From: Octopus sinensis
Taxonomy: Eukaryota
DNA length: 64,000 nucleotides
Direction: 5' to 3'
NCBI RefSeq assembly: GCF_006345805.1
Contig: NC_042997.1
Span: forward strand, 39,246,001-39,310,000
Shown: positions 50,198 through 61,092 of the stretch, in pieces
Layout: every line of letters begins with the position of its first letter
Numbering within the stretch: the first letter of the stretch is position 1
Made by a program: the position numbers and the translations under genes
The notes under the pieces: generated by a model
The model's database searches: none
What the model saw: the letters and a program-made list of their open reading frames with translations, nothing else
What the model was told of the DNA's origin: nothing

Positions 50198-53100
50198 GTA
50201 AGTATAAAATACCATACTTAACCCTTTAGCATTTAAACCGGCCATATCTGGCCAAAGATATTCTATCTGTTTTATGTTCAAACTGATCAGATCTGGTCAG
50301 ATCTGGTCTCTCACACCAACCCTACAATATCTTTTAAAAAATTAACAGCTACCTCATCAAAATCTCATAACAACAAGATAATGCATGATTAGTTCAAGGC
50401 AATGTGGATAAAAAAGGATTAATTTGGGCAGAATAATGTGAACACTAAAGGGTTAAGAAAGATTTGATTTAAAAATAAAAAAATTACCTAGTGACAAGTC
50501 CAGTGGGGTGTTAAGAATTTCTTAAGGATCTCTAATTACAAGTTAGAAGCATTTCATATAAAATATACTGAAGAACTATTTAATCTTCTCTACTTAGAAT
50601 ACACTGTATAAATATGTTAGTTTCAGATTTTGGCACAAGGCCAGGAATTCCTGGGGAGGGGTAAGTTGATTTCAGCTCCAATACTCAAGTGGTACTTATT
50701 TTATCGACCCCAAAAGAATGAAAAGCAAAGTCCACCCCTGCAACATTTGAACATAAAGTCTGAAGAAATGGCACTAAACATTTTGTCCAATGCAGTAATG
50801 ATTATGTCAGCTTCAGACAGTATAAATATAAGCTGGTATTCTTAGTTTACTATTTTTTGGAATGGGTTCCTTCTTATCCTTTTGTTTTTACTGAATACAC
50901 AACAACGTATGAAGCAATGTGCACAACATGCATATGCACATACCTGAAAATATTTGTCCAGAATATAGGTTATCTTATGTCATGTAGAAAATGCTTGATG
51001 TTCAGAAAACCATGCAGTTTTTATTTATTTCCAGGCATTTTTACAATTGTTTTTTCAATTGTCATTTACAGTTGTTCAGGTGGAGAATTATTCCATGAAT
51101 GTGTTATAGAAGAATCTTTCAAAGAAAGTGATGTGGTGCGATTATTAGGTGAAATTCTTGAAGGTGTCTTATTCCTACATCGTAAAAATATTCTGCACCT
51201 TGATCTCAAGGTAGGTTTTGCTTAGTTACCTTATTTTTTTTTTTTTTAAAAGTCTTTTATTTTGAATTTTTCAAACTTTTCAACTATGCTCAATGAAAGA
51301 AATATTCCTCTCTAACTAATTCTGGATTTTTTTTTTGGGGGGGGGGGGGAATTTATGATTTCAATTTAACTCCAGAAAACATTTTGTTTGTACATTATAG
51401 ATAAGTGTATATATATTTTCTCGTTGCAGCCTCAGAATATTTTGTTGACAAAGCCATTTCCTGAAGGCAATATCAAAATCTGTGATTTAGGCTTAGCTTG
51501 CCTTGTCAATGATGGTGAAGACATTCGAGAAATTGTTGGAACACCTGATTATGTTGCTCCAGAAGTATTAAGCTACGAACCACTTGGATTATCTACAGAT
51601 ATGTGGTGAGTTTGTTTGTTTCTTTCTTTGTTTACCCTACTTTAAATGGGTATGCAAAACGAGAACAAGAAGATGCCAACCCAAGGATTAGGCAGCTTCT
51701 ATCCTGTCTCTAGTGTTACATCATCTATGAGAAAAACACTTCATCATCATCATCGTTTAACGTCCGTTTTCCGCACTAGCACGGATTGGACGGTTCGACC
51801 GGGGTCTGGGAAGCCAGGGGCTGCACCAGGCTCCAGTCTGATCTGGCAGAGTTTCTACAGCTGGATGCCCTTCCTAACGCCAACCACTCTGCGAGTGTAG
51901 TGGGTGCTTTTTACGTGCCACCTGCACAGGTGCCAGGTGGGTCCAGCATCGGCCACGATCGGTTGGAGCTTTTAACGTGCCACCAGCACGGAAGCCAGCC
52001 AAGGCGGCTATGGCAACGGCCACGTTCGGATGGTGCTTTTTTTATGTGCCACCGGCACTGGAGCCACTTGAGGCAGCACTGGCATCGGCCACGTTTGGAC
52101 GGTGCTTTTTATGTGCCAACGGCACAGAAGCCAGTCAAACTCTTAATAAACTCCATTCACTAACTTTAAATGGATATGACAGGGTGAGACTGTTCATTGT
52201 TGCAAGGTACAGTGTCAGTACTGTGAAATTGATGAGTGTTCTATGAGCTTGCAGTGTTGAATTCAATTCTTGTGAGAATTACTTTCAGTGGGATGGGCTT
52301 TTCCTAGCAAAATTTCCTTAGATAAACTATTTGGAAAGGATTTTTCACTAGTTCAGTTATCCTAGTGGGTTATAAGACTGACTGTCACATAAAAAAAAGA
52401 AAAATTATTTTTTTGCAGTGTCATTTCTTGCTCATTATTAAAATTTTAAAATAAAATTATTTTGTTGCAAATAAAAAGAGTGGCTGTGTGGTAAGTAGCT
52501 TGTTTACCAACCACATGGTTCCGGGTTCAGTCCCACTGCGTGGTACCTTGGGCAAGTGTCTTCTACTAAGCCTTGGGCCGACCAAAGCCTTGTGAGTGGA
52601 TTTGGTAGACGGAAACTGAAAGAAGCCCGTCGTATATATGTATATATATGTGTGTGTGTATGTGTTTGTGTGTCTGTTTTTGTCCCCCAAGCATCGCTTG
52701 ACAACTGATGCCGGTGTGTTTATGTCCCCGTTACTTAGCAGTTCGGCAAAAGAGACCGATAGAATAAGTACTAAGCTTACAAAAGAATAAGTCTCGGGGT
52801 CGAGTTGCTCGACTAAAGGCAGTGCTCCAGCATGGCCGCAGTCAAATGACTGAAACAAGTAAAAGAGTAAAGAGTATTCAGACTTCTTTATGTTGAGTCT
52901 ACGTCTATGTGAGAACTTTTCAACTGTTATGTGCTTTATCTTTAAACTTTAACGTTTTGATGTTCTTCAGTATATAATGGCTATAGCTAGAATGCCAGTC
53001 AAACAACACTTTGATTGGCTTTCAATACTGTATACTCAAGTAGAAATAATAGTGTTGTTACTCAACATCCAAACCATCATGAAATATACACCCTAACATT

Positions 53101-56100
53101 CAGATATCTCTCAAATGTATTGCTTATTATTTTTGTTCATTGAAATCTTCAAACTATGAAATAACGCAAGATTGATTCAAAAGAACCCGTAAGTTCACTC
53201 GTAAGTTTACGTGTGAATTGATGGGTCAGACCATGTCGCTGTATCGATCACATGTATCTCGCGACTACGTGTACGTGGGCAAGACCGCGAGCTTCGGGTC
53301 ATTCTTACGATATTGGGCACGGTAGCACGGCAGACTGACGACGCAGGCCTTTCACTGGCGGCCCCGGCGCTTAGACTAGCCGGGAACGGAAGGCGCCGTG
53401 AAGGCCGGTACCAGAGACACACACCTGCCGGCTGCTACCCCTTAATATAGTCTAAACCCCCTTGGGTGATTGTTTATTTTTAGAATGACATTGTAGGGTA
53501 TGTTTGAGAAGCTACTTTTAACATAAAACAGGTAGAATATTTGGCCCAGTTATAGCCAGTTTAAATGCTAAAGGCTTAAATATCTACTACATTAAATGAG
53601 AAACATCTCTATTCATAAATATCCTTGAGATCCATTAACAATTAATAAAACTTGTGAAATTAAAACTCTAGGGCCGTTGTATGCCAAATATTGATTTGTA
53701 TTGCTAGTGGAGCGCTAAGGGTACCATACGAGTGAGATCGTGGCCAGAGCAACAAGCTGGCCTCCGTACCGATGGCACATTAAAAACACCATTCGAGCGT
53801 GATTGTTACCTGCATCACCTTACTAGCAATTGTGCTGGTGGCACATGAAAAATCATTCGAGCGAGGTCGTTGCCAGTGCCACTGGACTGGCTCCTGTGCA
53901 CGTGGCACACAAAAAGCACCATTTGAGCGTGGCTGTTACCAGTACCGTCTAACTGGCCCTCGTGCTGGTGGCACGTAAAAACACCCGCTACACTCTCAGA
54001 GTGGTTGGCGTTAGGAAGGGCATCCTGCTGTAGAAACTCTACCAGATCAGATTGGAGTCTGGTGCAGCCATCTGGTTCGCCAGTCCTCAGTCAAATCATC
54101 CAACCCATGCTAGCATGGAAAGCGGACGTTAAATGATGGTGATAATGATACGTATTGTCTTATAGATGATGTGTTTTGGTCTTTCTCATTAAAAGAAAAG
54201 AGGACCCATCATGTTTCAAATTAAATGTACCGAGCCTAGAAGTAAGATTTGTCTGTGTTTTTAGATAGAAATCAAAAGAGATTCTTGGATTGTTCCTGGC
54301 TGCAGATATCAAATAATTTTTCCCTTTAAAATAGTATATCTTCTCATACATCCTCCAGCTGAAAATAAAGATTTTGTAGTTGTTCTATTGAGACTCTATT
54401 TTGATAGCCATACATCAACAAATTAAGACAAAAGTAAACTTGTCTAATCAAAAAAAAAAAAAAAAAAAAACATTGTAAATGGATTAGCATTTTTAAAGTG
54501 ATTTCTTTCTTTATTTTATTTTATTTGAGATGACTTTTTTTATAATTGGTCTTTATAATTTCTTTTAGGAGTCTTGGAGTGCTAACTTACGTTATGTTAT
54601 CTGCTTGTTCCCCCTTTGATGGGGAAAGCAAACAGGAAACATACCTGAATATATCTCAGGTAAATCTTGATTTTCCTGACTATTTGTTTGAATCAATCAG
54701 TTATGGTGCCATTGATTTTATGAAGAACTTGCTCATCAAAGATCCAAGGTAAGCATAGGTTGAGTTTAATTTCTCAATCATATTTTCCACATAATTAAAT
54801 CATAGATTTTAAATATTGGTGCCTTGAAAATCTGTTAGGTAAAGTAAAATTGACAAAGCCAACAGGACAGTTATTGTTTGTAGTAACATGTAACAGGAAT
54901 ATAAAAGTCAAATACTGTGAAACGGCCAAAGATAAATTGTTTCAGGATGGGGAGGATAGATGATAATATCATCATCATCATCGTTTAGCATCCGCTTTCC
55001 ATGCTAGCATGGGTTGGATGGTTCAACTGGGGTCTGGGAAGCCAGAAGGCTGCACCAGGCCCAGTCTGATCTGGCAATGTTTCTACGGCTGGATGCCCTT
55101 CCTAACGCCAACAATATGATAATGAAATTATTGTATACAGTGCTCAGGTGCACCACAACTTGTCAAAAGTGCATATAAAGCATCTGCAGTAATGTACAAA
55201 TGTCTGGAAAGTGAACAGTGTATGAGTCAGGTACCTGCTTGCATGTGTATGGAGGGGAGAAAATCAGGTGTAGTGTTGGCGAATCTCCGGAAGCATGGAA
55301 GTTTTGAAGGATGCAGTGCCCGGTTATAGTTGAATATAAGAGCATTAGTCTAATTCAGTATCAGTGCTGAAATTTAGATATTTCATTTCATTTCATTTCA
55401 TTTGAGTTTGAGTCCATGCTCAGGCCAAGTCGAAGACTCCACCCTCAGAGTCTGGTGTGGTTGCCAGGTTGTATTCTCTGTTTAATTTTGACATGTGTAG
55501 GAGCGAGTTTGAGTCAGTTTGTGCTCGTTGTGTATATCCTGGGAGATGGGGTTCATCTCTAATGGTGCTTAAGTATCTATCCAGCTGCAATTTGAATGAT
55601 TCCACACTGCATCCTGATAGATTTCTGACATGTACCGGAATGGAGTTGAATAGTTGTGCTCCTCGAACCAACAGACTTGACTCTTGCAGGGTTTTTGCTG
55701 CCTGGCCAGCCTTTTTGTTGATTGGTGGTAGCTGGCAGCGTCGTCCGTGGCGCAGTGAGTGGTAGGTTTTGATACCAAAGTTTGGCACCTTTTGCTCTAT
55801 CATTTTCCAAATATATATAATTCGGTATCGCTCAAATCTTCTTTCTATTGAGTACATCCTCAAGGTTTTGAGTCTTTGCCAATAGTCCAGGTCCCTCATT
55901 TCTGAGAAGTATGAGGTAAAATTTCTTTGGAGCGATTCCATCTTAGATAGTTGGCCCTTTGTTGTTGGTGACCACAACTGAGAACAGTAGTCAATATGTA
56001 ATATGTAAATAAGTCAAAGCTATTGTTATTTGTTTTTCTTCTAAGTCCACAATTAATCATAAGAGAAATTCCTTGATTATAGTGAAATAAATAGCCAACA

Positions 56101-56767
56101 TAGATAATGAAAATGGGCTGACAGTTTTTGATCAAAAACATACAATTTTGATTGTACATAATTTATAACCTTGTTTACAAAAAATAAATGCATTTGTTGT
56201 TTGCTTTGATGTATTTATGTGATGGAATTTTAATATTTTCCCAGATGCCGGATGGATGCTGCGCAGTGTTTGACTCATGCTTGGATACGAGGAGAACACG
56301 TACCACATCCAATAGAATCTAACCACGAAGAGGATGAGGAGGAAGAAGAAGAAGAGGAGGAGGAAGAAGGTGAAGAGAAGGAAGCTGAAGAGACTGATAC
56401 TAAAAATAAGGGGGATAAACAGAAAGAGGTAAACTCTGTTTTGCAGAGTCAACCTTCAGCGGAATGTGAACCCAGCTGTGATGTGCCTAAACCGGAACAG
56501 AAGTCAGAAGGCAAACACGAAAAAGAATGTTCGATGGAGAAAAGAGATGCTGGGGAGAACAGTGAAGCCGAACATGCTTTACTTAGCGAAACAGCAGAAG
56601 GGGGTGCGCTTAAAAAACACGAGAAAAAACTAGAAGCAAAAGATGCAAGCTTCGTCAATAACGAAAACTCCCCATCTAATCCTCTCAATGGAGACTTCAG
56701 TGAAGAAGATTCTGGTTGTGTGGACTCTGTTAATAATAGTTTAACCTGCATTAATGATTTGGACTGA
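49985..56767 (+). CDS. STK17A: DRAK/STK17-like Ser/Thr kinase (DAPK family), 5'-partial, 5 coding exons joined: 49985-50197, 51072-51210, 51430-51605, 54569-54748, 56245-56767
   Basis: Spliced translation gives GKFAVVKRC...VAAKFIRKRRRGKNCRDQILREI...ITEYCSGGELF...HLDLKPQNILL...IKICDLG...GTPDYVAPE...DMWSLGVLTY...DPRCRMDAAQCLTHAWI. All introns are GT-AG with matching phases (2,0,2,2). The short basic loop RKRRRGKNCR and HLDLKPQN indicate DRAK rather than DAPK or MLCK. STK17A versus STK17B cannot be distinguished. Confidence 0.93.
50218..50456 (+). mobile_element. TTAA MITE 20 nt downstream of a splice donor
   Basis: Perfect TTAACCCTTTAG/CTAAAGGGTTAA ends. Confidence 0.8.
51072..51210 (+). CDS. 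STK17A: STK17/DRAK coding exon, 139 nt (to HLDLK)
   Basis: Acceptor tttacag|T TGT TCA GGT GGA GAA; donor GAT CTC AAG|gtaggt. Confidence 0.94.
51430..51605 (+). CDS. STK17A: STK17/DRAK coding exon, 176 nt (PQNILL to DMW)
   Basis: Acceptor tcgttgcag|CCT CAG AAT; donor GAT ATG TG|gtgagt; contains DLG and APE motifs. Confidence 0.94.
51741..52135 (-). mobile_element. RTE 3' UTR fragment (D)
   Basis: Family match, 4 internal repeats. Confidence 0.8.
52478..52876 (+). mobile_element. SINE-A in a STK17 intron
   Basis: Family match. Confidence 0.85.
53088..53580 (-). mobile_element. Old TTAA MITE split by a GC-rich insert
   Basis: MITE halves at about 53088-53183 and 53461-53580. Confidence 0.55.
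53701..54150 (+). mobile_element. RTE 3' UTR fragment (D)
   Basis: Family match. Confidence 0.8.
54569..54748 (+). CDS. STK17A: STK17/DRAK coding exon, 180 nt (SLGVLTY to KDP)
   Basis: Acceptor ttcttttag|G AGT CTT GGA; donor GAT CCA AG|gtaagc. Confidence 0.94.
54968..55092 (-). mobile_element. RTE 3' UTR fragment (D), short
   Basis: Family match. Confidence 0.75.
55381..56005 (-). mobile_element. CR1-type LINE 3' end (uninterrupted ORF2 C-terminus, (TGAAA)n tail), antisense in the last STK17 intron
   Basis: DYCSQLWSP...MESLQRNFT...YWQRLKTLRMYSIERRFERYRIIYIWK...FNSIP...SFKLQLDRYL. Confidence 0.88.
56245..56767 (+). CDS. STK17A: STK17/DRAK terminal coding exon: end of kinase domain plus acidic low-complexity tail, stop TGA 56765-56767
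   Basis: Acceptor attttcccag|A TGC CGG ATG GAT; CLTHAWI motif, poly-Glu run, in frame with ORF 56252-56767. Confidence 0.88.
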
Positions 56768-59320
56768 CTTTCTGTCAGACATCTCGTCCACTTTTCACTG
56801 CCACTTCCTGTTTTCATTTCCCAAACCCACACTACCTTTCCCTGTTTCAAGACCTGTAGGCTTCCTGGGGTTATGGTCTTGTAGGAGAGATTCTAATGAC
56901 ATTATAATACTTTGTATGGTAGGCCTCAGTAACATGTCTAAAAAAAGGTAAAAAAAAAAGATAATTTTGAGCATGAAGAAGGGATCTGATAATATTTCCA
57001 TATCATACTCCATCTTAGATTCCACTGACCAAAGCAAAATGATTTGTGCATCTTCCACTTATTTTGATACAGACACAGACAGTACCTTGTCTTTTGTGGA
57101 AAGAAATGGCTGGTAGGTTGGCAAATGGAGGATTGTTATGAAATAAATCTCCAAAGAAAAAAAATATTTCCATGTAAAAAAAAAAAAAAATTATATATAT
57201 CCATGTAAATAGCTATTTGGGGAAAATGCCCCTCCCCCATGACTTTTTCTGAAGAAGAAAGTCACAGAAACAGTTAAATGTTGTAAATATTGAACAAGTG
57301 TAGCAAAGGAAATTTTTCTATCTAAGACTACACATTCCAGTTGCTCTTATGAATTGGTGACCATGATGATTCTCCTAATTAGCTTATTTAAAGAAAGATG
57401 AAGATGAACATAGATAATTATCAAGATACAAAGTATTTGCACAAAAAAAGAAAAATGATAAAAGTGTAAAAAAAAAAAATATAAACTTGTTTGAAACATT
57501 CAAGAGAAAGATAATTGACTTTTTGTTTGTTTGCTTGTTATTGTTTTTGTTTGTTCAGAGATTTATAATATTTTTTATTTGTTTGTTCTCTTGACCAACT
57601 ATTTCCCTTCTGGACCAAACTTCTTTGTGAAAAACCTTCTTTCCGCCTTTCTTACAATATTCATTATTTCACTTTCTGTGAAGCAACATTATTTCTTGAG
57701 CACACAGGTAAACGCATATTACATACACACACATTTCTGATGCCAAATTTTTTTTTTATTGTCCTTCATTTCTAGATTAAATCTAGATACATTTTCGAAA
57801 TATCTTAATAATGGTTGATTGATGTGTAAAGAGCCAACTTCCATGTTGATACATTTTGATTTGATCAGAACCTTGTGTGCTTATTATAACAACATTTCTG
57901 TGTATTGTTATAACAAAATATTATTCAGTCTAATTTCCAAGTTGTATTTTTTATTTTCCTTTTTTTTGTTCCCTTTAAGATCAGTCTCATTCAATTAACT
58001 TAGTATTAAATTAATAATGATAAATTAAGCAAAGAAAATATCTCTTAATACACTAACTGATATAATAATATCATCATTGTTTTATTTTAATATTCATGAC
58101 CCTTTAAGAAAAAAAATTTCTTACTCAGTAACAAATGTCTGACAACTCACAAAATATTTCTTGCCAAATGCATTTGACACAAAAGATTTCTGTCCATGCT
58201 AATATGGGCAACGTGCCTTGTACATAATCATTTACCTTCACTTTCATATATTCCCATAATTTCTGCACTAAAGTTCACCCAAATGTAAAGCCGGTAAAGA
58301 AAGACAATAATTTAATTTACTTTGTTTCTATTCTAATTGTTTTGTTTTTTTAAAAAAAAAAGGGTTAGATAAGAACAGACTAACTTGAATTATTTTTATC
58401 AAACCGATACTTTGATAATGAAGTAATTAAGAAAATTTTCTCATATTTGAAGCATTTAGTAGAATTATTTTCCAAAGTACATACATTCTCCCTCTTTCTT
58501 CTTTACCCCTTTCTGACATGCATTCTTAAACGCTTTCAGAATTGCTACATTCTATGAACATGTCTTCAACAAAGAATTCCTTCCAATTTATATTTTGTTT
58601 GGATTTTAGATACAAAAACTAATATTCCTTTGATAGCCATATTTTTCCTATTCATTTTCTTTTTGTCATAGAAATTATAGATAACAGCTCAGGTTTTTAT
58701 GAGCAGGCTGTCTCCTGAATATTCTCTTTTAGATATGGAATAGGTACCAAAAGAATTATGTAATATTTGCATCAGTTTTAATTGTGAATTGCAGTTCATA
58801 AAAACACACTCATATTTTGCATTTGCAACTTCTTTATTTTGATATCAATGCCTTAATACATTCCTCCAGTCACTTTCAACGCCATTCCTAATGCTACCAA
58901 ATATTTGTACAGCCTAGCTAGTTGGTGGCCACTTTTTTTTTTTTTAAATATTCTCACAAGACACTGGGATTTGGTGCAGTTGTGTTTGACTTCATAAATC
59001 CTTAAGAATTTACACAGGTATCCAGTGTTACAGAAATGCATACATTTTATTTTCAAGAACAATTCCATCTTATTAACATCATCACTTCAGGTTGCAAATA
59101 GTAAAATTCTGAGCGTCATCCTTTTGTCATCCTAAAAGAACATAGATTTGAATTCAGCTAAATTCAGTTCTTTTTTTTTTTTGGCTTCCTTTTTTTTTTT
59201 TTGTGCTGTTTGTATTTTGTACAATTTTTTGTTTTGTATATGAGTGGTTGCTGGCAATTTGTAACCAAACTGATTCACTTTTCCTTCATATGAATAAAAA
59301 CTTTAGTGTCATCGGAAGTG
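56768..59320 (+). other. Putative 3' UTR of the STK17/DRAK gene
   Basis: Transposon-free AU-rich stretch after the stop codon, ending in a TGTA-rich block, AATAAA at 59293-59298 and a downstream TG-rich tract; the end is inferred, not proven. Confidence 0.5.
59293..59298 (+). terminator. Candidate distal polyadenylation signal AATAAA
   Basis: Several upstream TGTA motifs (about 59208-59265) and downstream ttgtttgttg. Confidence 0.45.
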
Positions 59321-59806
59321 ACAAGTTGCTCAGAGGTATGTATAAGCATTGTTTGTTGCATTGGCAAAAATAAGGAATAGTCAACCTCTTCAGTATTAAA
59401 TGGTTGCTTTGTAGTCATTGGGTTTTTTTGGGGGTAGAGATGTCCCCAAAATTAGATTATTTACTATCTTTAAGCTTGATAGATGATGGCTGTTATCAAA
59501 ATTTATTTGAATTAAATGCCTTATGGTATTTAGTTGTTACCCTTTCCTTTCTTGTTTCAAATCCAACCAAAGTTAACTTCACTTTTCCACTCTCTGGGGG
59601 TCAATAAAACAACTATCAATAATATAAGGGACCAATGCAATTGATTATTATTTCCTATAAATTTGTGACTTTGTGTTTGTACGAATTCAAATGATTTGTT
59701 ATACAGTCACATGCTGAAGACTGAGTTGCTGGATTCGACTTGTCTGTTAACTCCCTACCAAAACTTTCTTTAATTTATTTATACTGCCAAAATATGAAAG
59801 CTGTCA

Positions 59807-60092
59807 TGAAGGTTCATGGCTGAGTGGTTAGAACGTCGGGCTCACAATCATGAGGGAATGATTTTGATTCCAGGACCAGGTTGTGTGTTATGTTCTTGAG
59901 CAAGACACTTTATTTCACGTTGCTCCAGTTCACTCAGCTGTAGAAATGAGTTGCGATGTCACTGGTGCCAAGCTGTATTGGCATTTTCCTTTCCCTTGAA
60001 TAACATTGGTGGCATGAAGAGATTTGTGCCTCAGAGAAGAACTTTGTCGGTTCATCCCATGGTCATTCATGACCAAAGTGGTGTTTTACCCT
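59807..60092 (+). mobile_element. SINE-B, diverged
   Basis: Family match. Confidence 0.7.
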
Positions 60093-60373
60093 TTACCATG
60101 AGACAAGTATATGTTAAAATAGCATTGTTGAAGTCAATTTAATGTTAATTGTTTCTAATTTAAGCACAAGACCACCAATTTTCGAGGAGAAGAGGCCTTA
60201 GTCAATCTCATTGAACCCAGTACTTGGCTGGTATTTTATTATGTCTGGAGATGTGAAACATAAAGTTGACCTCTGGGATTTGAACTCACAATCTGAATAG
60301 CTGTAGCTAATACCACAAGGCATTTTTTTTTTCCAACACTAATCACTCTGACAATCCACCACCCTAAGTCAAT

Positions 60374-60967
60374 TTAAGCCTTTAGCATTTAAACCAGTCG
60401 TGTCTGGCCCAGATATTCTACCTGTCTTATGTCCAAACTGATCAAATCCAGTCTCTCTCATCTACCTTACAATGTCATTCTAAAGATAAACAATCACGGC
60501 AACAAAGTCTGAAAGCTACAAGACAATGTGAATAAATAGGCGCAGGAGTGGCTGTGTGGTAAGTCGCTTGCTAACCAACCACATGGTTCCGGGTTCAGTC
60601 CCACTGAGTGGCATCTTGGGCAAGTGTCTTCTGCTATAGCCCCGGGCCGACCAATGCCTTGTGAGTGGATTTGGTAGACGGAAACTGAAAGAAGCCTGTC
60701 GTATATATGTACATATATGTATGTGTGTGTATATGTTTGTTTGTCCCCCTAGCATTGCTTGACAACCGATGCTGGTGTGTTTACGTCCCCGTTACTTAGC
60801 GGTTCGGCGAAAGAGACTGATAGAATAAGTACTGGGCTTACAAAGAATAAGTCCCGGGGTCGATTTGCTCGACTAAAGGCGGTGCTCCAGCATGGCCGCA
60901 GTCAAATGACAAGTAAAAGAGTAAATAGGCATTACATTTCACAGTAATCTGAATACAGAAAGGTTAA
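60374..60967 (+). mobile_element. TTAA MITE split by SINE-A
   Basis: TTAAGCCTTTAG...AAAGGTTAA. Confidence 0.7.
60539..60923 (+). mobile_element. SINE-A nested in a TTAA MITE
   Basis: Flanked by TAAATA on both sides; MITE resumes afterwards. Confidence 0.85.
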
Positions 60968-61092
60968 TGATTTATAGAATACCAAACTCATCTCAATAAA
61001 CAGTGAAATAGAGCTCAGAGGATGGATAAAATAAATGACTGACACCAAGAAGTACTAAGCTATAGTATATTTCTATTACCATATATGTGTCT

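Noticed and set aside
51786-52163. Recurrent ORFs such as LAEFLQLDALPNANH... and HSQGFGRPEAIVEDT...
   Set aside because: Translations of the RTE 3' UTR and SINE-A repeats; the frames are not conserved between copies.
54657-54665. Internal CAG|GTAAAT potential donor within the 180-nt exon
   Set aside because: Use would shift the frame and truncate the kinase; no supporting evidence without RNA data.
56449-56850. 133-aa minus-strand ORF
   Set aside because: Antisense shadow of the GAA/GAG-rich terminal kinase exon; no independent coding signal.
57249-57280. CTGAAGA...GAAAC in the 3' UTR
   Set aside because: The intervening sequence cannot form stem II.
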